DNA of 63,939 bases, the filler included, from Lenisia limosa (lineage: Eukaryota > Protista > Breviatea), in NCBI GenBank assembly GCA_001655205.1. It is 10 parts of 10 records of this genome, joined end to end, with 100 filler letters (N's around TTAATTAATTAA, not from the genome) between each part and the next. Parts side by side here need not be neighbours in the genome. Positions count along the whole stretch, not along the records: positions 52,072 to 54,157 come from LPNZ01007634.1; positions 54,258 to 55,682 come from LPNZ01008523.1; positions 55,783 to 59,916 come from LPNZ01001617.1; positions 60,017 to 62,837 come from LPNZ01001140.1; positions 62,938 to 63,939 come from LPNZ01000415.1; 5 more parts are not named here. One strand, 5' to 3'. Shown here piece by piece: positions 52,897 through 63,939 of the stretch (position 1 is the first letter of the stretch; each line of letters starts with the position of its first letter). A program made the translations under genes and the position numbers. The notes under the pieces are model-generated. The model saw nothing but the letters and a program-made list of their open reading frames with translations. It searched no databases and was not told the DNA's origin.

Positions 52897-53957
52897 GCCC
52901 CTCTCTTGCCGACCCGAAGCAATCAAGCTACACCCTGCCATCCTTCCTTGTCCACGAGGGTGGACTCAACTCCGGCTTCATGATGATCCAATGCACCGCC
53001 GCCGCACTCGTCTCCGAGAATAAGGGTGGGGAGGTATAGGTGGGGTGTTTAGAGGTGTTTTGCTAACAGATTTAATTCACTCCGCCTCCTAGTGTTGAAC
53101 TACGTTTCCTCACCCACTCACTACATCATAGTCGTCCTTCTTTACTATCATCTGGTTTTTGTCTTGTTTTTGCGTTGGTTGCTCGTGTTTGTTATTGCTT
53201 GTTTTTTGTTGGGAGTTTCAGATTTTCGGTTCGTGATTTGTACCTTTCCGCCACCAATATTCTTCATCTTAATTTCCTTCATTTTACTCCGTCACCCCCG
53301 TAGTCCTTGTGCACCCTGCCGCCTCCGACTCTATCTCCACTTCTTGCGCCCAGGTTGGGGGGGGGGGGGGNNNNNNNNNNNNNNNNNNNNNNNNNNNNNN
53401 NNNNNNNNNNNNNNNNNNNNNNNNNNNNNNNNNNNNNNNNNNNNNNNNNNNNNNNNNNNNNNNNNNNNNNNNNNNNNNNNNNNATAATTGACCTGTTAAA
53501 ATTATTCTTCATACAAATCCAATTTTACTGGGATTTTTTGTTTCATTAATTTTCGAATTTCACCCCCCAGGAGGACCACGTCTCCATGGGAGGCTGGGCT
53601 GCACGCAAGTGCCACAATGTCCTTTCCAATGTTGAGAACTGCATTGCAATCGAGCTCATTTCCGCTATGCAAGTCCGGGGGAATTGATGAGAACCGTGAA
53701 GTGATAGAGGGGTTGAAGGAGGATTAAGTAGGAGTAATTTTAACCCTAAGCCACACATTAACCCTGGGCTTTGTCTTTGTCTGTTTTGATGTTCTCAGCC
53801 CTCAGTGAGTTGCTAACCAATAGAGTTGATTTTGGGTTTGTTTTGTTTTATATTTCTCCATTTTTAGTTCTCCCACTAACCCCTGTAGGCTCTGTGGTTT
53901 GTCAAGGAGAAGACTGGTGACCTCAAGACCTCCCCTGCTCTCGAGGCTGTCTACAAC
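52897..53957 (+). CDS. HAL: Histidine ammonia-lyase, internal/C-terminal exons
   Basis: Exons 52897-53025, 53304-53353, 53571-53672 and 53889-53957 give [60 protein letters not shown]...[10 protein letters not shown]. Confidence 0.92.
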
Positions 53958-54297
53958 GTAAGGGGGAGTGGGGGGAGGGGTTCGGATTGTTTTTTCATTT
54001 TCTTTTCAGTCCCCTTCTCCCACAGCTTCAGCCAGACATGGGTTTTTGTTAGTTCATGAATTGACCTTTCCTCACCCCTCACTCCCTAGTTTTTTTTTTC
54101 ATAAATTATCCCTCTCAATGTCAGCCAACAGAGTTGATTTTGGGCTTTTTTTTTTTTNNNNNNNNNNNNNNNNNNNNNNNNNNNNNNNNNNNNNNNNNNN
54201 NTTAATTAATTAANNNNNNNNNNNNNNNNNNNNNNNNNNNNNNNNNNNNNNNNNNNNAACTAATTTTATACCTAATATTCCAAATTAACTGATTTAG

Positions 54298-55436
54298 AGT
54301 GGGATCTCAAAAGACGATTTGCTTCGATATTTCCAACCAAGGTCTCCTCGGAGTACCCTTCAAAATCACAACTTCGTCACCGTTTTACGCCGTCGACCCT
54401 GATTCCGGCGTTCTTAAGGGGAAATCTAGCAGGACCGTTGCAGTGCAGTTTGACTCGGCAGGACCTCAGCTCTGCCCCTCCACTATCAAGGTGAGAGAGA
54501 AGGAGTATTTGAAGAAACAGTTAATCAAAGGAGAGGGAGAGGAAGGGGGGGGGGGGATNNNNNNNNNNNNNNNNNNNNNNNNNNNNNNNNNNNNNNNNNN
54601 NNNNNNNNNNNNNNNNNNNNNNNNNNNNNNNNNNNNNNNNNNNNNNNNNNNNNNNNNNNNNNNTAATTCCCTAACTTCTCCCCATATTTTCAATTGTACT
54701 TAATATATTTCGAATTCTTCTCAGTTTTTTCCCATTCTTAATATTCCAGATTTCTTGGGGGACCACGCGACCTGCACCGCAAATAACGCTGGCGGTTTCA
54801 GGAGGGGGCGGATACCCCTCGCTGTCGGTAATCACAAGGGCAATCAACTTCGCTACTGCCCTTCTTCACAGTGACAATGTCGTCCAAATTCAGTGGGTGG
54901 CCGTATTTACTCCTTCAGTTAACTCGGATTAAAGAGAACCGTTCATAATGGGGNNNNNNNNNNNNNNNNNNNNNNNNNNNNNNNNNNNNNNNNNNNNNNN
55001 NNNNNNNNNNNNNNNNNNNNNNNNNNNTCTGCTGGGATTAAGGTGTACTGTCGGGTACTATAGCTTTCCAAAGATCCGTAAAAGAACGATAAAATATCGA
55101 TATTTTTATCGAAAATTATTCAAGAATTCAGTCTTTTTTTGGAACCGCAGGGAAGCTCTAGGTTTTAACCTGATTAAGGAGTATCTTTCAGTTGGGGTTA
55201 TAAGCAGGTCTCCAATCCAGATTCATTTTGTAATCTTAACTAAGGCCGAAATGAATAAGGGGGCATTCCTATTACATTAAAGACCCTCAATTAAACTACA
55301 AAATCGCCATAACCTTCTCTCCCTTAGACTACGAAACACTGGTTCAGCGGAGGCCCATGCCAACGTTCTTCTTCCCTCCAACTCAAACCTCCGGATAGAC
55401 CCTGAGGAAGGCGTAATTGTACCACCCCAGTCTGAG
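54298..55436 (+). CDS. ASH (ASPM-SPD2-Hydin)/Ig-like repeat protein fragment
   Basis: FDISNQGLLGVPFKI...FYAVDPDSGVLKGKSSRTVAVQF, SGGGGYPSLSV...INF and IQLRNTGSAEAH...IDPEEGVIVP. Confidence 0.7.
55059..55160. mobile_element. Family H MITE, degenerate
   Basis: Right end TTCAGTCTTTTTTTGGAACCGCAGGGAAGCTCTA with a family H core. Confidence 0.7.
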
Positions 55437-55790
55437 GTTAATCTTGGTAGGTTATTATAGGAAAGTTCTTATTGGGAACAATAATGTTAAAATCTCATAA
55501 AGCGGGTTTTAACCTGCTTTTATTGAGAAACTGGGTATTAAAAGAAAGAAAAATGAAAGTAATTCACATTATGCACTGAAGGGGGTCAATACTCTCATTC
55601 TTCATAGAAATTCCCATTGCTGAGTATTTCCATTTTACCGATGGAATGCGGTGCTGCAGAAGCGACTAGCCTGGGCTTTGTTNNNNNNNNNNNNNNNNNN
55701 NNNNNNNNNNNNNNNNNNNNNNNNNNTTAATTAATTAANNNNNNNNNNNNNNNNNNNNNNNNNNNNNNNNNNNNNNNNNNNNCCCCCTAC

Positions 55791-58147
55791 CGTACACTGG
55801 AGGCAGACATCAACCTGCTTCTGAATGGCAATAATGTCTCTGTGCAGCTTGCAGTCGGGCTCATTAAGGGTGGCCTTCCATCTACAAAGTCAGGGGTGAT
55901 TAGGGCTCGGAAAAATATCGACAATTTTCGAGGAGTTATCGAGAAATTGTCAATATCCCATTTACCCAAGTCTTCTTCATATCATATACTATACACCATA
56001 CGTGTTCTCCATGGAGTCGCCGTATCGGCACGGGTCACTTCCGATGAGGTCGGCAGTGAAGGCCTTCTCCTCAAGGTACGCCGCATAGCGTCGGATGAAG
56101 AGGCACTTCTCCCACGAGTTTGTGTCGTTGTGGTCCGTGAAGTTCCTGGGGAGTAAAACGAAGGAAATTTGAAGAATATTGGTATCGCCAACCAAATAAT
56201 CTGAAACTCTAAACAAACAAGCAATAACAAACAACACGAGCAACCAAGTTCCTGTGGAGTAAAACTGGACAATTTATGAAACAAAAAAAAGAGCTCAAAA
56301 ATACGAAACTTCACACCATATGGTTTATTCCTATGGTCTCCAAAAAAAAGGCTGAATTATGCGAATATCCTCGATGACAATCGGAAGTAATATGAATCAG
56401 AGTAATTGGAGGTAGTAATATGGGTTGCAATAGATCCGAACGGTCCTGCATTTATGAAGGGGTTAAAACTATCTGTGCAGTAGGCTTTACTCTGGTACGA
56501 AAATGATCAATGAAATGTCGAAAATGGTCAACAAAATATCGAGAAATTCATTTCTTTTCTGGGTCAGAGTGAAACCATATGGTGCTAAACAAAAAGTAAT
56601 CAGAGGCCTCTGAAAATGTAGCACTATGAGACAAGCAAGAAGTACTGCATTACCTCCCCACCCTTCACCCTATGTCCTTATGGTATCCCTTGAAAATTTA
56701 GTTATTTCCCAAGATTTTATTCTTAACATTCTTGCTCTCCCCCCACCTTAAATTGAAGCTCTGTTTGTTTTCTCGCACAACTCGAAGGAAAGACTCGCCA
56801 CCCTCCTGCAGCAGCCTGTGCACCACTATCAACGTCTTCAGTACAATCTAGACAAGGTGAGGTTGTTTTATCATTAAAATCAGAACCTTATCTGGTAAAA
56901 ATATAAGTAGATTTCTTGATAATCCCCGAAAAAAATCGAGAGTAAAGTAAACCCCTAATCAAATGAACTGACAGCATTCTGTGCAAGGCAAGAAAAAGCA
57001 CAGTCAGATGATTCCATTCATGATAATTGACTCTTAATGATATGACTTGGAAACGAAATCATCAACAGGCCCTAAAACTACTATACCAGACCCCCAAAGA
57101 CCCTTAAACTTCAACAAAAGACAAACTCATTGATTTGATATCCAAATTTGATGAGCAAAAGAAGGAATCTTTGTTCTATGGTCTCATTATTACGGATTCC
57201 CTGCGGTCCGAAAAAGAACAGTAAAACATCCATATTTATCGAGGATTTATTGAGTAAGTCTCCTGTGGGACCGATGTACAGTATCGCTATAATCAATGCT
57301 CTCAAAGAAGACCCCTTCCCTTCGAGATTTAGATGTTGTAACCCAATCTTCATCATTACATTAATAACATCACTTACCAGCCATTCATCCTTCCGAAAAT
57401 TGGCTTCGAGTTTGAGCCAAATCTGTGAAATTGGGTGTGTGTAGTCTCTTGAGAATCGGATCAAACCTGAAGGATAATAAGAAAACTGAGAAATGAGAAA
57501 TGAGGTAGATTCAGAGTCAAACAAATCAAAACACCTACACACATATACAAAACAGAAATTCTTTCCTAGAATGCTATTCCGAATGACGATGGAAAGCTCA
57601 GTCTGATGATTTATTGATCCAGCCCAGCCTGCTCCCACTTGTAGTTTATTATGATCAACAAATAGACCTATTATCCGAAAAATAAATATGTTCTTTTTCA
57701 TACATACACACCCTTTCTGGACCCTTTCAGATTGGTCTGAGTTTTTCCACGAAAAACAGGCCCATTTATCATTGTTCATAAACCGTACAGAATTCAAGAA
57801 AACTGGTTTTGTGTTGTTATTCATGAAGATGGACACTATGAAGAGAAGTTTTAAGGCGGCCTTATATTCATAAATTGAGACGAATAGAAAAACAGAAGAG
57901 GCGAAGGAACACGGAAGGAAAGTTTCAAAAGTGGCATTTTCCCGTGTTAAACTCACTTTGAACATGCTTTTCTTTTGGGGGAACCTCGTCGCGGTTAGTT
58001 GCCTACGGAATCAGAAGAGAAACAGCCTGGATCCCAAAGATGCTCAAATCAAACCTTTACAATTGCCTTGTCTCTGTCATTAAACGCAACTTTAGCCACA
58101 TTTACACGATCTCTCGTTTTGGACCATATTCCTGTGTTTTTATCCAT
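55791..58147 (-). CDS. ANTH-domain clathrin assembly protein (AP180/CALM-like), N-terminal part
   Basis: Exons 58147-58055, 58002-57957 and four more give DKAIVKATNRDEVPPKEKHVQ, KDEWLIVLKTLIVVHRLLQEG, FIRRYAAYLEEK and IQKQVDVCL. Truncated at the scaffold end. Confidence 0.88.
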
Positions 58148-61100
58148 ATTTTTGAAAACCTAATGCAACAATGTCTAATTATCCAGAGTTACTGAATCAA
58201 TCTTTAGAGCTTTTGACAAAAAAAGGGCTCTTTCTGGCGGTTTCACCAGTTTTTAACAAAAAGAGAACTGAACTTCCGATCACTTCCGATATACTGCTTT
58301 TCTAAGGCCTTTCTTCACTGCTAATTAAATAAGTCATTAGGTCAGTTATTCAGTTTATTATTATTCCACAAATAAAAGATTACCCCATCAAACCTACTCA
58401 GAACCCTCGTCACATTCCTCCGACTCCGACTGTATTTTATTCTCCTGAACAAACGCCGCCAACCCCATGATGCCCCATTTCATTATCTTTATTTTGCTCC
58501 TATGGTGGGTGCAGTATTCGGGGGCAGGGTTGAATTCCACCCGTCGTTCCCCAATTTGTGCACTTATTTGATATATTAGGTCAACTTTGGCACTCGTTCA
58601 ACAACTTCCTAACGGGAAAACTACTGTGGGTAGCTTGTCTGCTGAGAAGGTTGAAACAGACTCGCTCTTTCTTAACGGTAGGCACTCGCGTGTTCTGTTG
58701 TCAGAAGGTTGTTTGAGATTCGACTCGACAAATATTTATCAACGAGGCAGTACTTTGAAAATTATCAAAAAAAAATAATAGTTTATGATAGTATATAATA
58801 TTCCTTGAAGCCAAAAAATGGCATCTTAATATATTATTAACACAAAATATTATATCATATTAATAAAACAAAAAACATATTTATAAAGTCAAGTAAAATT
58901 ACATTAAATACCATTATACAAAGGAATACATAGGGATACCATACAAGTTACCCATTTGTGTTTTTGTGCTTTTTATACAAAATCTGTTTTGACGATGACC
59001 CAACGGAACTCGTCAACTTGCGAGAGTAGCATCAGTGCGACCCTCTTGCGATCTTTCACTCATAAACACAGACTTCATTCACACAATAGTAAAATTTAAT
59101 TTCATATGATATACAACTAATGTTACAGTTGTTTTATTTTTTTTGAGTTTGGAGTTTAGGTAATTTGGTTTGTGATTAGTACCTTTACACCAATAATCTG
59201 TCTCAACATTTCCTTCGACAGGCGCGGATATTGCAAACTCATTACCGCGTTCGGTGGTTATCTCCCAGACAGGCTATTCTGCTGTAGTGCAAAACAGTGG
59301 GGGGGGGGGGGNNNNNNNNNNNNNNNNNNNNNNNNNNNNNNNNNNNNNNNNNNNNNNNNNNNNNNNNNNNNNNNNNNNNNNNNNNNNNNNNNNNNNNTAA
59401 ATCTTCGAAAACTATCGATATTATTCCTGACTTTTTTGAACCGAAGTGAAGCTCTAATTGCAATACTCCCTCCTCTTGTAATATCAGAGGACCCTGTGCA
59501 ATTAAAATTTATCAATGAAATTCCATTCACCCTTAGATGAGGTCGGATTGTTTCATCTCTAGCGATTCCCCTGCAAAAAAGACTGAATTTCGCGATATTT
59601 TTTTAACAAGAAAAATAATATATGATATACATTAGAAATCTTGGGAAACAAATAAATACATAGGGATACCATAAACAAATTACCATGCCTCCACGCCCTC
59701 GATAGTCCTCAATAAATAGTATAAATATTTTGCAGGTCTTGGTGGTCCGTTGGAAAGCCCTAATCACTCCCTTCACCCTTTAGATGAGGTGAGTGAAATT
59801 CAAATCAGCGAGCCTGTCGTCTCGATAAACACTATCGAGGAGTTTGCTGTTCTGCTGAAGGCTGGACTTCCCTTTAGCCTTGGAATGGTTTGTGGATAAT
59901 CCTGGAAGTGGGACAANNNNNNNNNNNNNNNNNNNNNNNNNNNNNNNNNNNNNNNNNNNNTTAATTAATTAANNNNNNNNNNNNNNNNNNNNNNNNNNNN
60001 NNNNNNNNNNNNNNNNGCAGCACCGCATCGGGGGAGGGGAAATAATAATAGCATAAAGGTAAGTTAAACGGAACCCAAAATTAACTGTTAAAATGGAGGG
60101 CCCTCTCCCCATTCACGTTGATTTTTGGGGGTTTCTCGTAAAAATTTCTATTTTTACTGAACCGCACCCATAACACATCGCAAACAAATCCCAGCCGCTT
60201 CTGCAACACCGTTAATTGGGAGGGGGAGGGGGGTAGAACAAGAAAAAAAAACCCAAAATCGGGTTAAGCAGGAAAATTTGTGAAATAGAAAAATTACAAA
60301 ACCATATCACCACTCTGGTTAAAATTTTCAAAACACCTGATACAATAATCCAATATCTCTTGAGACTGATGGTCTTTGAAATTTCTCAGATTACTTTCAA
60401 AATTAATTTACAAAGTATTCATTTTAAATACTCTCAGATGAATGGTCTCGGCCTCGGCTTTGTTTTTGTTGCTATTTTCACCTCTCGTGAAGAAGCCGTC
60501 CACATCATGTATATAAGGTATATTAAGAAGAAGAAAAAAATAGGAAAGAAAAGAAAAGAAGCGAACAGAACATGGCAATTAAAGTGATGATTCTCAGGAA
60601 TAAATAAATTCAATCAACACTACGTCTTCATGTTTTACAAATAGTCCAAGTTATATATATGAATTCAATTCAATTGCAAAACCCGAAATTAGGTTCAACC
60701 AAACCAAATGAAAATCAGAACAAGGGTCGGAACCTTCCTATTCCAACAAGAGGAAACTGGAATCCATCTGAGCACCCCCCCCCCACTGCATCGTCATAAT
60801 CAGGAACAACACTGCCGAGATCCTTGCTTTTTAGCTTCTTGCCGAGTTTATGCAAGTGATGGCAGACATGAGTCGGCCTCAGCGGGTTATTTGCTGCGGA
60901 CCTCGTTGAGATAGGGAGCTTGGTCATGGTGAACCTCTTTTTCGATAATTTCCTTTGCTCTTATTGTTTTACTGGTATAATAGATAAATCTTATTTGGAA
61001 AAGAGGACGAAAGAAGCTGAAATTTGTTTTAGAAAGCGGGCGAGCTATTGCATTAATTACAGGAGTTACATGTTTTGTTTTAATCGGAAAAAATAAAAAA

Positions 61101-61298
61101 AATCAAACTATTCAACTGTTTTGTTTGGTTTCATTGTGATCAGTACTGTAGAATAGAGGCAGTAAGAGGATTATTATTGAAGCCGAAGCAGAACTATTCT
61201 ATTTTATTTTTCTGAAGGCGAACGCTTGGATTAGCCGTTGTTAAAAATAGTTTTTTAAGATAGTGGAGCCGAAAGGCTGAACAGAATAACCTGACAAT

Positions 61299-62837
61299 AT
61301 GGTAAGTCCCCTTTTTTACACTGATAACTTTTTGTAGCCGGTTGTTATGGTTGGAAAAGTGTTTCTCACACTGATTGTGCTTGAAACTATCCTACTTCTG
61401 GGATTGAATACTCCTAGTGTCCTCGATAATGACAATCCAAAGACTCAGTTCTTTGCAGGACTGCTGATGGTTTCCTTGCTGTTTATTAACTACTTTGCTT
61501 GGGATGGGGTAAGCCTTTTGTCTTGAATGGCACTCTATTGTTTCACTAAATTCATTCTCCAGATTCTCCGAGAAAACATTATTCAGGTCATGGCCTGTGT
61601 TGGATTAACTGGTGTGGTCGCGTTTTATGGTATTTTTCAGTTCATCGTGGTCAAAAATGTTGATTTTGTAATCAAGGTCGTTCAGGTGAGCTTAATCCCC
61701 CAATTTACGTTGCTGTCATCATCTTTAACCTCCCACAGCTTGGTGTGGTCATCACATTCTTCGTATTGTGCATTATTTTCGGCTGGAAGGTTTACCTTGA
61801 GTTTGGATGGAGGATCTACCGTAAAATTGGAGCTGATACGAATATGAGAGGTTAGTTCCGGTTCTTCGCCGTACTTTTTGACTTGGAGCGCCTTTGCTTA
61901 TCTCCCCAGCGATGTACCGCGTCTACCAGATCCTTCTCACCATGCTAAAGCTGGATTGGGCTATGATGGTCATCCTGGCGGCCATGGTGTCGGTCTTCGT
62001 CTTCAAGCCTGACGACTATGAGATCATTGTCGTGATCGTCTCCGTCATTGTCATGATTGGCTGGGTCTGGCTCGGCTTTTTTTCGGTTGGTTTGGCTGGG
62101 AAAGAGATAGTTGCAAATGTTTCAGGGCGTTGTAATGAGATATATAAATATATTTAATCTCATATTGAATAAGTCTTTAGCTATTTTCCTTGAGAAATCA
62201 TCAAGCAAGTCGGCCAAGTTCGTATTTCAATATCATTTTAGTCCGTTTTTTTTAACTGGTCTTTCATTCTGATTAACCTGACGACTTCTTCAGATCCTCC
62301 CGAAAACCTTCTTATTGAGAAAAACTTTCCTGATAAAACTTAGATATTGTGCTTTTTATAAAATAGAGTATAATAATGTATCAATTAAAGAATAAGGCAA
62401 ATACAAGTAATACGCATCACGCCTCCATCTATATTCTAACTGATCTTTGATCCTAACTTTCTTGATTCTAATGGATCGTAACTGAACTTTGATCATATTC
62501 CGACTCTATGTACCCAGTGTATCTCGACAGTCTATCCCACTCCTCACTGAACATATACAGTGACCTGTAAGTCTTCTTGACCGATTTTCCTTGGACAATC
62601 ATTGATCAAATCGGTCAAGACTTATTTTAATTTTCTTTTACTGTTATTGCGCCTGCGTTTCCAGCGCTAATTGATCATAGATCCTCTAACTGATCATAGA
62701 TCCGCACCGAAAACCTCCGCGGCTGCTACGTCTTCTCCCTCATTTCCCTCTCCGTCCCCCTCTACATCCTCTTCCGCATCTACCGATTCTTTGAGAAACC
62801 CGGCAAGTACGAGCACGTTGACATATCAATGATGATT
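61299..62837 (+). CDS. Multi-pass membrane protein, UPF0658-like
   Basis: ATG|GTAAGT start. EFGWRIYRKIGADTNMRAMYRVYQILLTMLKLD matches the remembered UPF0658 motif. Hydrophobic exons; 3' end in gap. Confidence 0.7.
62558..62626. mobile_element. Tc1-type MITE (family T) copy
   Basis: TA|CAGTGACCTGTAAGTC..TTGACCGATT...AATCGGTCAAGACTTA. Confidence 0.65.
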
Positions 62838-63021
62838 NNNNNNNNNNNNNNNNNNNNNNNNNNNNNNNNNNNNNNNNNNNNTTAATTAATTAANNNNNNN
62901 NNNNNNNNNNNNNNNNNNNNNNNNNNNNNNNNNNNNNAGCGACACAGATACTGTTGATGAATTTGTTTGTTCGTTACTTCAGCCAACCCTATTTCCTTAC
63001 CCCTCCCCAATTTTCACCTAT

Positions 63022-63086
63022 TTCTTCAGACTCCTTTTTTGAATTTCTTCAGACTCCTTTTTTGAATTTCTTCAGACTCCTTTTTT
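63022..63086 (+). repeat. Short tandem repeat (~23-bp unit x3)
   Basis: ATTTCTTCAGACTCCTTTTTTG repeated. Confidence 0.8.
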
Positions 63087-63191
63087 TAAACTCATTTCTC
63101 CAGATGGCCCCAAGGCAGCCATTCTAGCGAGTGACAGAGTTGGTGGCGATGATTTGTTTTTGAATAATGATTACCTAACATGCAGTATTAT

Positions 63192-63290
63192 TAGGGCTTC
63201 CCTTCGGTCGAAAAACACCGTCAAAATATCGATATTAATCGAGGATATATCGGGAAATTCAGTCTATTTTGGGACGGTTGGGAAGCCCAA
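63192..63290. mobile_element. Family H MITE with degenerate 8-bp TSD
   Basis: TAGGGCTTCCCTTCGG...GGTTGGGAAGCCCAA. Flanks AGTATTAT / AGTATCAC (6/8). Confidence 0.8.
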
Positions 63291-63514
63291 AGTATCACAT
63301 TCATCAATGCGATTATCGATATTCATTCCAATTAGCCCTAGATATTTCCTCTCAACTATGGTGTTGCTTGCCACCCAATTGTTATACACAGTATTATTGT
63401 GATACTTCTCATCTATCCAATTTTTCACTTTCATATGGCAACAAATAATTTCCTCTCTTTCAGTTGTTACTTGTCCAGATATTTTCCTCTTATCCACTCA
63501 GTTTTCTCTTATTT

Positions 63515-63597
63515 AAAAGACCGTCAAAATGAATGTCGATAGTTTTCGAGGATTTTCCCAGATATTCAGTCTTTTTTCGAACCGAAGTGAAGCCCTC
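63515..63597. mobile_element. Family H MITE, left end truncated
   Basis: AAAAGACCGTCAAAAT...TTCAGTCTTTTTTCGAACCGAAGTGAAGCCC. Confidence 0.75.
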
Positions 63598-63715
63598 TTT
63601 TTTTCCCTCACCCATCCAGCGGCGGGAACTAGCCGTTGAATTGGCAGCGGTATCGGATGAATTCGACCGGGTTATCGCAGATGTTGAAGCCAAGAAGTGG
63701 GTGGATAAAGAGAGA

Positions 63716-63744
63716 TAGAGAGATGAAGAGAGATAGAGAGATAA

Positions 63745-63797
<53 letters not shown>
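63716..63797 (+). repeat. (GA)n-rich microsatellite
   Basis: Direct inspection. Confidence 0.9.
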
Positions 63798-63801
<4 letters not shown>

Positions 63802-63939
63802 ATTTCGGTCGTCTTTCTGCATAGTACTGCCCTTTTCTTATGTCACATTTCTCATTTGTTCTAGGACTGAAATTGGAGCGCCTGCTGTAACTAAGGTGAG
63901 CCCCCCCCCCTCCCAATTGATATTATAATACTGTGCTAT

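Noticed and set aside
57111-57965. 284-aa ORF as an independent gene
   Set aside because: It is an open frame running through ANTH introns. It includes one true ANTH exon (LIRFSRDY...KDEWL) and a MITE relic.
58990-59916. Possible PH-domain exons on the minus strand
   Set aside because: Only one weak peptide (WEITTERGNEFAISAP...YW) and no consistent phase could be built.
1-63939. rRNA, tRNA or CRISPR arrays
   Set aside because: None recognisable. The hairpin repeats are dispersed MITEs, not regularly spaced arrays.

Overview
Intron-rich eukaryotic (protist-like) draft DNA. It is not one contiguous locus: nine artificial 100-bp spacers (N44-TTAATTAATTAA-N44) join ten scaffolds, and there are many ordinary N gaps, usually beside poly-G or poly-C runs. 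Spliced host genes reconstructed by eye: divergent gamma-tubulin, DDX51/Dbp6-like DEAD-box helicase, PfkB sugar kinase, histidine ammonia-lyase, ANTH-domain clathrin adaptor, ASH-domain protein, UPF0658-like membrane protein, a divergent kinase, ankyrin proteins and weaker candidates. Mobile DNA: DIRS-like tyrosine-recombinase retroelement relics, a dead Tc1 with long TIRs, LINE RNase H and MULE relics, a hAT-type MITE family (8-bp TSD), a Tc1-type MITE family and three further dispersed intronic repeats. Main discovery: the gamma-tubulin gene appears to use five 22-27 nt GT-TG (non-AG acceptor) mini-introns alongside canonical GT-AG mini-introns. One of its canonical mini-introns is expanded to about 2.8 kb by a TE nest flanked by a TAGATT duplication. 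Family calls come from remembered motifs, not database searches.
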